From Thermoplasmata archaeon (lineage in GTDB: Archaea > Thermoplasmatota > Thermoplasmata > RBG-16-68-12 > JAFNFQ01), in contig JBGPQV010000010.1 of NCBI GenBank assembly GCA_041489255.1, positions 29,125 through 93,124 of the forward strand: a stretch of DNA of 64,000 nt, written 5' to 3'. Of the stretch, positions 27,010-35,144 are shown piece after piece. Numbering within the stretch: position 1 is the first letter of the stretch; the number at the start of each line of letters is the position of its first letter. The position numbers were made by a program, and so were the translations under genes. The notes under the pieces were generated by a model that was given only the letters and a program-made list of their open reading frames with translations, ran no database searches and was not told the origin of the DNA.

Positions 27010-27537
27010 CTACTGCCCGTAGAGCGCGCCGAGCTTCTTGAGCGAAAACGATTCACTCGCGAGTTCAAGTGCGTCTTTCAAGTTGCGGCGCAGACACTGG
27101 ACGAATACATCCTCACTCTTCTCTCCGATTTCGACCTTGAGCACGTGAAGGATCCTGCCGTACCTGACCGCCTTAACTTTGACTACCCTCGCCAGCTCGG
27201 GATGCTCGACCGCATCGCGCGAAATCATTTTATTGCCTTTCTTCTCGAGGCGGTAGGCCATGAAGAAAATTCCGAGCAGGAAGATCAACCCCAAGGTTCC
27301 CACCAGCTCGGGATGAGGTTTCCAGATTGATGATTGAAGTGCATCATTGCCGAACAGGGCGGCGAATATGGACGAACCGAATATGATGTAGAGAAAGATG
27401 GGCAACAGCATGCGCCCGGCCACAGATCCTGACATGGAAATGAGTCTAAAGCTTCCCCATTTCGCCTCCAGAATGAAAGGCGGACTCTCCTTCTTTGGGA
27501 AGCCGATTGTCGCCGTCAAGAAATACTCAGACTTCAT
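27010..27537 (-). CDS. Hypothetical membrane protein (2 TM)
   Basis: Two hydrophobic helices; lower GC than its neighbours. Confidence 0.6.
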   Translation of the reverse strand: MKSEYFLTATIGFPKKESPPFILEAKWGSFRLISMSGSVAGRMLLPIFLYIIFGSSIFAALFGNDALQSSIWKPHPELVGTLGLIFLLGIFFMAYRLEKKGNKMISRDAVEHPELARVVKVKAVRYGRILHVLKVEIGEKSEDVFVQCLRRNLKDALELASESFSLKKLGALYGQ

Positions 27538-27749
27538 TGAAGCATCTCGGCCGCGAACGAGACATATCCTCTGCCACAATATGAAAATAGCGTGAAGAGC
27601 AACGGACTCACCAACCCTTCATCGGTTCTCGTGGGTGTTGACCCAGCGCTTAGCGATTCGATATCCTGACGATGCTGGTTCGGGTCATTGCCAAAGATGA
27701 TAATCAACCCGCTGTCATTAAATGGCGTCAGCACGTGGAAAAGGATGCG

Positions 27750-28451
27750 ATGGAACTGGTGCAAACCTTCGTCGGAGGCTTCGATGAAGTCCTTGGCGGG
27801 GGAATTCCGAAGGGGAGCATAGTCCTAGTGTGCGGCAGCCCTGGCACGATGAAGACCAGCCTCGCCTTCTCGATTGCTTACAACAACATCAAGAACAATG
27901 GCTCGAAGGGGCTCTACATCTCGCTAGAGGAGAGCACGGACGATCTCAAGACCGACATGGAGAACATGGGGCTGTCGGGACTGGACAAGATGGACCTGCA
28001 CATCCTCGATGTCGGGAAGATCCGCCTCGAGCACAAGGAAGAGGAGATGTCAAAGAACTGGCTCGAGGTCCTGATGAAGTACATCGAGCACAGGGTCGGC
28101 GTGAACAAGTTCGACATAGTCGTGATCGACTCCCTGGCGGCGCTGTACGCCCTGACGAAGTTCTCCAATCCGAGGCGCGAACTGTTCCACTTCTTCGGGT
28201 TCCTGAAGGAGCTCGGCGCGACGGTGCTGCTCATCTCGGAGATACCTTCCGGTCAGAGCAAATTGGCGACATATGACGAGGACTTCCTCGCCGACGGCAT
28301 CATATTCCTCAAGCAGTACGAGATGGGTGAGACCGACGTCCAGCTCAGGATCCGCTGCATCAAACTGAGAAGGCGGAAGCACAAGCACGGATATTTCGCT
28401 CTGATATACGAGAACGACAAGTTCGCGGTCACCAACGTCATCTCCGAATAG
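27750..28451 (+). CDS. KaiC/RAD55-family single-domain ATPase (paralog 1)
   Basis: GFDEVLGGGIPKG, GSPGTMKTS, YISLEES, VVIDSL, DFLADGII, KLRR. Confidence 0.9.
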   Translation: MELVQTFVGGFDEVLGGGIPKGSIVLVCGSPGTMKTSLAFSIAYNNIKNNGSKGLYISLEESTDDLKTDMENMGLSGLDKMDLHILDVGKIRLEHKEEEMSKNWLEVLMKYIEHRVGVNKFDIVVIDSLAALYALTKFSNPRRELFHFFGFLKELGATVLLISEIPSGQSKLATYDEDFLADGIIFLKQYEMGETDVQLRIRCIKLRRRKHKHGYFALIYENDKFAVTNVISE

Positions 28452-28525
28452 GCGGTATCAGAATCGGTAATGAGAACCGACTCATCGCTCCTTAATAACT
28501 TCACAACGGTGAGAGCATCCAGCAC

Positions 28526-29272
28526 ATGACGGACGGCTTTTCTCTTCTGTCGACCTATGTCGAAGGTCTCGACAAGGCGCTTGGTGGTGGAATCCCCAAG
28601 GGCAGCACGGTCGTGGTGGCGGGCACGCCAGGCACCATGAAGACCTCCCTTGTCTTCAACATGCTCTACCACAACTGCTTTCACGGTTCCAGGGCCCTGT
28701 ACATCACGCTCGAGCAGAGCGCGGAAAACCTCAAGATCGCCATGAAGCGGTTCGGCTTGGGCGATTTCAACGAATCACAGATCTACATAGTCGACATCGG
28801 GAGGCTTAGGCTGGAGCTGAGCAAGAAGGAAGTCACCAGGGACTGGATCGACATCCTCGTCGAGATTGTGAAAGAGGCTGTCAACACCAACCACTACGAT
28901 CTGCTGGCCCTGGATTCCCTCGACGCCCTCTATTCCCTGATGGGGCTTCACAACCCGCGGCGGGAGCTCTTCCATCTGTTCGGCGCTCTGAAGGAATTCG
29001 GCCTCACGGTCTTCCTGATAGGGGAGGTCCCCTTCGGCTCAAGCCAGATCGCCCAGTTCGGCGAGGATTTCCTGGCCGACGGCATCCTGTATCTGAAGCA
29101 CGTGGAGCTGAACGAGTCGGACGTCGAGCTCAGGCTGAGGTGCGTCAAGATGAGGATGGTCGATACTGAGCACTCCTCCTTCACGCTGCTCCACGACGGC
29201 GGCAATTTCTCGGTCGTCAAGTCGATCCCGAAGTCGCGCGAGTCCGAGCAGCGGGTTGTCCTGAACGTGTGA
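28526..29272 (+). CDS. KaiC/RAD55-family single-domain ATPase (paralog 2)
   Basis: GLDKALGGGIPKG, GTPGTMKTS, YITLEQS, ALDSL, DFLADGIL, KMR. Confidence 0.9.
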   Translation: MTDGFSLLSTYVEGLDKALGGGIPKGSTVVVAGTPGTMKTSLVFNMLYHNCFHGSRALYITLEQSAENLKIAMKRFGLGDFNESQIYIVDIGRLRLELSKKEVTRDWIDILVEIVKEAVNTNHYDLLALDSLDALYSLMGLHNPRRELFHLFGALKEFGLTVFLIGEVPFGSSQIAQFGEDFLADGILYLKHVELNESDVELRLRCVKMRMVDTEHSSFTLLHDGGNFSVVKSIPKSRESEQRVVLNV

Positions 29273-31151
29273 GTTCGTCTTTAGTCTCGGCAAAGAAGGA
29301 TGCAATGTCGTTGATGAACTCGATCTTCGTCTTCATATCCGGGAGGGAATCCCGAAACCTTCTTGCGCGGGCGTCGAGCACGACCGCGACGCCCCTGTCA
29401 GTCTCGCTTCGGATCAACCGCCCAATCGCCTGCATGAGCTTCCTTCGTGTCGGGGCCTCGACGGCGTACTCCCAGCCCCTCTGGAACTTCGCGTCGTAGA
29501 AGTTGACGATCGACTTGAGTTTGGCCGTCGGCTTGGGGTACGGCACGCCGACGAGCACAGCCAGTTCGAGGTCCTCGGCGGGGAAATCCATACCCTCGCT
29601 GATCCTCCCGCCAAAGACCGAGAAGAGCACCGCGTTGTCCGCCCTGAATCGTTCGACGAGCTCCATCAGGTCCGATTGCTCCATGTTCTGCTCCTCGACA
29701 TAGAGCGGCCTCTGCAGTTCGCCCCTGATGTCCAGGAACTGCCTCATCAGGTCGTGGGAGGGGAAGAACACTGCGGTGTTCCTCTCGACAGCGAGCAGAA
29801 TCCTGAGCAGTTCGTCCTTCAGCCGGGCAATCGCCGAGGGATCCGCAGTCAAGACCTCGTATTTCGTCGTGAGTCCCTCCGCCACGAGCACCAGCCTGTT
29901 CTCCGGAGGGAATGGGCTCGGGAACCTCCTCAGCAAGGTCTCTGGCGGGAGGCCGACCGAATCCCTGTATTCCTCGAGCGGCGTCAGCGTCCCCGACATG
30001 TGGATCGAGGCCCAGCAATCGTTGACGGCCTTGGTCACCTCGGACGGATCCAGGCAGGAGCATTCCAGCGCCGGGTTGTCGCCGCCGGTGACCAGCCTTA
30101 CGTATTCCCACCCCTCCTCGTTGAACCAGAAGAGCAGGAAGGAGCCGAGGGCTCCGATGTATGACCTGGGGATCCTGCCCGCCATCACCTTCTGCTCCCT
30201 CACTATCTCTCCTTGGACGATCATGTTCTGAGCCATGCGCTTGACGCGCGTGCTGGTCGTGCCGAATGCGCTCATCAGGGCTTCTTCAAGCGCGGACGGA
30301 GGCAACAGGCCGTCCTCGTCCCTCACGTATTCCTCGGCCAAGTCGACGAGCACATTCTTCGCGAGATCGACGACATCGGTGATGGAGACACCATCGGAGA
30401 CCTCTGGATCCCCGAACTCCTCGGTCTCGATCATTGCGTTCCTCAGGGCGAACAGGCTCATTCTCGCGGAGCCGAGCATCCTCGCGTAATCGGGGAGGTT
30501 GTGTGCCTCATCCACGATGAGCACTATGTCCTCGAGCGGAACCGCCATCCACCGCAGCAGCGCATGACGCAGTCTCGGATTGAAGAAGTAGATGTAGGGA
30601 GCGGTGACCACCTTCACTTGCGGGAGCAGGGACTTGGTGAACTCATAGGGGCAGACGCCAGCGGTCCCGCAACGCGCTCGGACCTCCTCGGCGGTCGGAG
30701 TCTCCTGCAAGGCCCATTGCCTGAGTCCTTCGCTTTCACCGAAAGTCAGCTTGTGATAGTACTTGCATCCCTCCTCGCCCCTCAGTGTCCTCGCCTTCCG
30801 GTCTTGGCAGGCCCTGGAGAGTTCCTCGGCAGCCGCATTCCGGAATTCCCCATCGGTATGCAGGAGCGGGCAGAGGTTGTGGCGACCCTGAAGCGCGGCG
30901 GTCTTGAGACCGAGCTTCCTCGCCTCAAGGATGACCTGGCGCTGTTGCGAATTCGTTCGCACGAGGTAGAGAACAGACTTGTCGCCCGCCAGAGCCTCCG
31001 AGCCGGCTGCGTACAGCGCGCAGACGGTTTTCCCGATTCCAGTCCCCGCCTCCAGGACGATGTGTCGCCCGTGCACCGCCTCGGTCAGCGCATCCACGAC
31101 ATCCTTCTGCGATCTCCGAAAAGAGTACGGGAACTCCATCGCAGCCGCCAT
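29217..31151 (-). CDS. xpd: XPD/Rad3/DinG-family Fe-S DNA helicase
   Basis: AGTGIGKT, four Fe-S Cys (NLCP..ACQ..GCKY..VCPYE), DEAHNL, MSGTL, SEGMDF, QAIGRLIRSETDRG. Confidence 0.92.
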   Translation of the reverse strand: MAAAMEFPYSFRRSQKDVVDALTEAVHGRHIVLEAGTGIGKTVCALYAAGSEALAGDKSVLYLVRTNSQQRQVILEARKLGLKTAALQGRHNLCPLLHTDGEFRNAAAEELSRACQDRKARTLRGEEGCKYYHKLTFGESEGLRQWALQETPTAEEVRARCGTAGVCPYEFTKSLLPQVKVVTAPYIYFFNPRLRHALLRWMAVPLEDIVLIVDEAHNLPDYARMLGSARMSLFALRNAMIETEEFGDPEVSDGVSITDVVDLAKNVLVDLAEEYVRDEDGLLPPSALEEALMSAFGTTSTRVKRMAQNMIVQGEIVREQKVMAGRIPRSYIGALGSFLLFWFNEEGWEYVRLVTGGDNPALECSCLDPSEVTKAVNDCWASIHMSGTLTPLEEYRDSVGLPPETLLRRFPSPFPPENRLVLVAEGLTTKYEVLTADPSAIARLKDELLRILLAVERNTAVFFPSHDLMRQFLDIRGELQRPLYVEEQNMEQSDLMELVERFRADNAVLFSVFGGRISEGMDFPAEDLELAVLVGVPYPKPTAKLKSIVNFYDAKFQRGWEYAVEAPTRRKLMQAIGRLIRSETDRGVAVVLDARARRFRDSLPDMKTKIEFINDIASFFAETKDELTRSGQPAARTRATSGST

Positions 31152-31239
31152 TCATTGAGAGTAGTAGTCCGCATCGGTGGGGTCTGCGAAAGTGAGACGC
31201 TCCTGACCGGGAAGCTTGACAGCATTGGCGCGCGGTCCC

Positions 31240-31657
31240 ATGGACGGAATGCGGGGCGGCCAGGGCATCGACAAGTGGACCGAGTTCGGAGCTAGCCCAG
31301 GTCAATCGCGGCGTTGTTATTCGGAAGAAAAGGCTGAGTGCCATGCTCAATGAGGCAAAGCCCCTATGCACCACGAGAGACGGGGAACCCTACATCTTCG
31401 ATTTGGGCATTCTCAAGCGTCTGGCGGCGGTGCTGCGCGAGGGAGAGGACCTCCAGCTCCCGATCACGCTGCACTTCTCGACGATTGCCAAGGACAGCAG
31501 TTATGCATCCGACGAGACCGCCGCGGAAGTCCTGAGGCGCCTGGAGGAATTCGGCGAGGCCTATCCATACCGCGACGGGAAGATGCGGCTGCCGAACTCA
31601 CTGGCTTACACTCTCCCGTTGAAATATCCAACTGCGATCCAAGGATTGTTTCTCTAG
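31240..31657 (+). pseudogene. DUF61/UPF0216-like gene with an apparent +1 frameshift near 31288
   Basis: M..IDKWTEF in one frame continues as ELAQVNRGVVIRKKRLSAMLNEAKP...LPI...YPTAIQ in the next; no start codon in the second frame before 31343. Confidence 0.55.
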
Positions 31658-31663
31658 TCGCGC

Positions 31664-32095
31664 TTACGGGAGGTTCTTCGGTCTTTCCTTGCGGCCGCCC
31701 CAGAGATCCTCGGGGAACTGATCGTACACGGTGGCGTCCTTCTCCAGCGCCTCTTTCTCCTTCTGCGCCCTGACGAGCTCCGCGATGCGCTCCTTGCGGA
31801 ACATCCAGTAGTGGATGCGCCACTCGCGGCCGTCGTAGAGGGTCGTCTCCTCTCTCTCCGTCGTGAGGATTCCGGAGTCCTCGAGCATGTAGAAGGCGTC
31901 TCTGTCCTCGGGCTCGAGTACGTTGTCGATGATTCTTTCAGAGTACCCGAAGAAGTTGAGAACGTGCTGGGCCATGACCCTGGCCTCTTCGTCCTTCATC
32001 CCGGCACGGTCTATGGAATTCTTGATTGCACGGGTGAGGTCATCGACAGTAAGCGTCCCTGCCACCCCCCTACCCGTCTTGGTCTTAATCGCCAT
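31664..32095 (-). CDS. Conserved Thermoplasmata-type protein (DUF6015-like)
   Basis: LNFFGYSERIIDNVLEPEDRDAFYMLED.GIL...E.TLYDGREWRIHYW; TATA-like box at ~32126-32133. Confidence 0.8.
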   Translation of the reverse strand: MAIKTKTGRGVAGTLTVDDLTRAIKNSIDRAGMKDEEARVMAQHVLNFFGYSERIIDNVLEPEDRDAFYMLEDSGILTTEREETTLYDGREWRIHYWMFRKERIAELVRAQKEKEALEKDATVYDQFPEDLWGGRKERPKNLP

Positions 32096-32259
32096 GAAAC
32101 CTACGCAACTATTGGCCGTCCGAGTTATTTATACTTAGCGTCCGTGGGACGCGTGAGTGATAATCGCGCGAAGACGAGTTGCCAGCTCGGAAAGAGCTAA
32201 ATGCCAGCTGGCGATTACTGGCATTGCTGGCATAAACCCGGGGCAGGAAGGGGCGATCG

Positions 32260-33090
32260 GTGGGGACCGACAATAACCTCGATGGTCAGGCAATGCTATT
32301 GGCCGAGTTGCGGGCGATCCGCGAGCAACTCGCGCGTCTGGAGCTCAGGGTTGACGCTCTCGCCGGCAAAGGAGCGCCGGCCGAGGCGGTCATCAGGACG
32401 TTCGTGGACGGCCTCGACGAGGGCCTCGGCGGCGGCATCCCTAGAGGACATGTGGTGATGCTTGGCGGGCCGAGCGGGACGATGAAAACGTCGCTGGCAC
32501 TCTACATCATGCAGAGGAACCGCGCGGAGGATGTGAGGGGAATCTACGTTACGCTGGAGGAGAGCCGCGAGAGCCTGCTCAAGACGATGACGCGGCTCGG
32601 CATAGGCCCCGATGAGGATTTCATCGTCGACATCGGGAAGCTTCGCATGGAACATGAGTCAGCGGAGGAACCCCGCGACTGGCTCCAGATCTTGAAGGAT
32701 TATCTGTCGCGGCGGCTGGAGAAGGGGACGCTCGACCTCGTAGTCATCGACCCGTTGAACTCTCTCTACGCGCTTGCGGGGATCAAGGATCCGCGGAAAG
32801 ACCTGTTTCACTTCTTCGCGTTCCTGCGGGGGATCGGTGTCACGAGCATTCTCATCATGGAGGCTGAGGCCGAGGACAGGTTCTTCCCGAATCACGAGGA
32901 CTATCTCGCTGACGGTGTGTTGACTCTCGACTTCCCCAAGAACGAGGTCGGCGAGCTCTCGCCTCGGTTGCGCTGCGTCAAGATGAGGCACACTGAGCAT
33001 TCGCGCGAGCCCTTCCGTCTCACATTCGGAAATGGTCGATTCGCGGCAGACCCATGGAGCGCCAAGGCTGACAGTAACCCTGTGCGATGA
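32260..33090 (+). CDS. KaiC/RAD55-family ATPase with N-terminal coiled coil (paralog 3)
   Basis: LLAELRAIREQLARLELRVDAL coil; GPSGTMKTS, YVTLEES, VIDPL, DYLADGVL, KMR. Confidence 0.88.
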   Translation: MGTDNNLDGQAMLLAELRAIREQLARLELRVDALAGKGAPAEAVIRTFVDGLDEGLGGGIPRGHVVMLGGPSGTMKTSLALYIMQRNRAEDVRGIYVTLEESRESLLKTMTRLGIGPDEDFIVDIGKLRMEHESAEEPRDWLQILKDYLSRRLEKGTLDLVVIDPLNSLYALAGIKDPRKDLFHFFAFLRGIGVTSILIMEAEAEDRFFPNHEDYLADGVLTLDFPKNEVGELSPRLRCVKMRHTEHSREPFRLTFGNGRFAADPWSAKADSNPVR

Positions 33091-33103
33091 CGGAATGCGC
33101 CGC

Positions 33104-33490
33104 TCAGCCCAGCGGGCCTGCCCTGATCTTGTTCCTGTCGACCTTGATTCCCGCGGGGGTCGCGATTATGAGGTTCTTGCCGACCCCGGCGACGTCTCCG
33201 CCGGTGTCCCTCGCGACGTTCTTCAGCTCCGCGGTTATGCGCTTCAAGGCGAGGTCGTCCGAAGCAATCGCGCTGTAGTCTATGAGGAGAATGTTCCCGT
33301 TGTAAACGTGAGTCGTGAGGTCGGTGATGTCCTCGTAGCGGTACACCTCGGCGACTCTCACCATTGACTTCACTGGTTCGCCGAGCGGTCCACCGCCCTC
33401 CTCAAAAACAAGTTCTCCTAGGTCGATGTAGCCCCCTGTCTCAGCACTTCCTTCTGTCAGCTTCTTGAAGGGTTTCTTGATGAACGCCAT
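33104..33490 (-). CDS. sepF: Cell division protein SepF
   Basis: YIDL, VRVAEV...D...VYNGNILLID, GGDVAG, IIATPAGIKVDR archaeal SepF pattern. Confidence 0.9.
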   Translation of the reverse strand: MAFIKKPFKKLTEGSAETGGYIDLGELVFEEGGGPLGEPVKSMVRVAEVYRYEDITDLTTHVYNGNILLIDYSAIASDDLALKRITAELKNVARDTGGDVAGVGKNLIIATPAGIKVDRNKIRAGPLG

Positions 33491-33675
33491 GCCCATCCCT
33501 TTGTCCAAGTAATCTGGCCTCGGTTATTAAAACTATCGAAGAGTCGCGAGACGCGAACGGTTCATGCGAAGTCTGGCTCGGCGATGAAACGACAGAGCGC
33601 GTTGAGTCACGAGATAGTCCTCTCATTCACTTCATGACAAGGGTTAAATGAAAGATGATGTTTGGGCCTCGCGGC

Positions 33676-34620
33676 ATGCTATACGATGTCATTATCGTAG
33701 GCGCTGGCCCAGCCGGACTCACGGCCGGGATCTTCGCGAGAGCACGCGAAATGTCAACTCTGATTCTGGAGGCAAGACAGGCTGGCGGCCAGCTGGCGGT
33801 GCTGTATCCAACGAAGTCGGTCTACGACTACCCGGGCTACATAGCGATCGAGGCCGAGGAGCTCGGCCGGATCTTCGTCGAGCACGCGAGACTGAGCGGC
33901 TGCGAGCTCCACGAGGGGGAGGAGGTCACCGAGCTCAAGAGGAAGGGCGAGCACTGGAGGGTCGGGACCACCAAAGGATACTACGAAGGGCGCTCGGTTG
34001 TCCTCGCGATGGGCATCGGTCTCTTCGAATCGAAGCGTCTGGCCGTGCCGGGGGAGGATGCGTTCGAAGGAAATGGCGTTTCCTATGGGGTGAGGGACAG
34101 GCGAGAGTACAAGGGGAAGCGGATCCTGATCGTCGGCGGCGGCTACAGCGCTCTCGAGGCGGCGCTGCAGATTGTCGTGCACGCGGCCGAGGTCTACTTG
34201 ATCCACCGCAGGGAGCAGTTCAGGGCCATGGAGAAGAGCGTCGACGCCATCGCGCGGTCTCACATCAAGATCCTGATGAACTCCGAGGTCGCGCAGATAT
34301 CGGGCGACAAGGAAGTGCGTCACGTCGTGGTCTACAACAACCAGACCCTGGAGAAGCGCACGATAGACGTGGATGCGATCATAGTGCAGGTGGGTTTCGA
34401 GACCAAGTCCGGCTGGCTGAAGAAGTGGGGTCTCGAGATGGAGGGAGAAAGGCTGATCAAGGTCAAGGTGGACATGAGCACGTCGCTGCCCGGCGTCTTC
34501 GCGTGCGGCGACATAGTGTTCTACACGAGCAAGGAGAAGAGGATAGTCACGGGATGCGGCGAGGCGGTCACCGCGATAGCGAGCGCGTACAAGTTCGTGA
34601 AGAGCCCGTATTGGGCGTGA
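33676..34620 (+). CDS. Thioredoxin-reductase-like ferredoxin--NADP+ reductase (YumC-type, no CxxC)
   Basis: GAGPAGL, GGQLAVLYPTKSVYDYPG, GVSY without the redox CxxC, HRR NADP motif, GVFACGD. Confidence 0.82.
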   Translation: MLYDVIIVGAGPAGLTAGIFARAREMSTLILEARQAGGQLAVLYPTKSVYDYPGYIAIEAEELGRIFVEHARLSGCELHEGEEVTELKRKGEHWRVGTTKGYYEGRSVVLAMGIGLFESKRLAVPGEDAFEGNGVSYGVRDRREYKGKRILIVGGGYSALEAALQIVVHAAEVYLIHRREQFRAMEKSVDAIARSHIKILMNSEVAQISGDKEVRHVVVYNNQTLEKRTIDVDAIIVQVGFETKSGWLKKWGLEMEGERLIKVKVDMSTSLPGVFACGDIVFYTSKEKRIVTGCGEAVTAIASAYKFVKSPYWA

Positions 34621-34655
34621 GCGCTGAGCCAGAGAAGCGCATCGGATTCCAGAGA

Positions 34656-35144
34656 CTATTCCTCGTCAATCTTCCAGAGGTTGTCTCCAACGTGGTGGAT
34701 GGATTTGACGGCCTTTCCAGATTCAGCCGCAATCATCTCCTCTCCCGTGAGCAACGCCTCCCCGATCGCGAGAGGCTGCTTGTTCTTCTCATCCCTCACC
34801 CAGACGAGGTCCCCGACCTTTATGGCGCGGTCCGCATCGACCACGCCGGGCGCCATGATGTCAGCGCCGTTGTAGACGAACTTGACCGCGCCCATGTCGA
34901 CGGTGACGTAGAGACGTTCCGGCTTGAACGCGAGGAGGCCCCTGACGGTCAGGAACGGGCGGTCTTTGATCATGAAGCCGATCGACTTGTCCTTCACGAG
35001 CAAGACCTGCCAGCTGTCGGCCTCGGCCGTGTCGATGGGCTCTTCCGCTCCCGCAATCTCGATGCCCAGCGAAGCCTTCAACCGTTCGACGATCGCCGTT
35101 GCTTCCTTTCGCCGGAGTCTCTGGCGGCGGCGGAGCCTAAGCAC
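34656..35144 (-). CDS. PUA-domain RNA-binding protein (MCT-1/Tma20-like)
   Basis: VTVDMGAVKFVYNGADIMAPGV, GKAVKSIHHVGD; GTG start after GGAGG. Confidence 0.9.
   Translation of the reverse strand: MLRLRRRQRLRRKEATAIVERLKASLGIEIAGAEEPIDTAEADSWQVLLVKDKSIGFMIKDRPFLTVRGLLAFKPERLYVTVDMGAVKFVYNGADIMAPGVVDADRAIKVGDLVWVRDEKNKQPLAIGEALLTGEEMIAAESGKAVKSIHHVGDNLWKIDEE

Noticed and set aside
31165-31260. Riboswitch-like GNRA hairpin (GTCTGCGAAAGTGAGAC)
   Set aside because: Lacks the other conserved elements of c-di-GMP or other known riboswitches; short stems are expected at this GC content.
27750-33090. Circadian KaiABC clock
   Set aside because: Single-domain ATPases with no KaiA or KaiB; they belong to the broad archaeal KaiC/RAD55 group.
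33676-34620. Thioredoxin reductase trxB
   Set aside because: The redox-active CxxC is absent; motifs fit the ferredoxin-NADP+ reductase subgroup.
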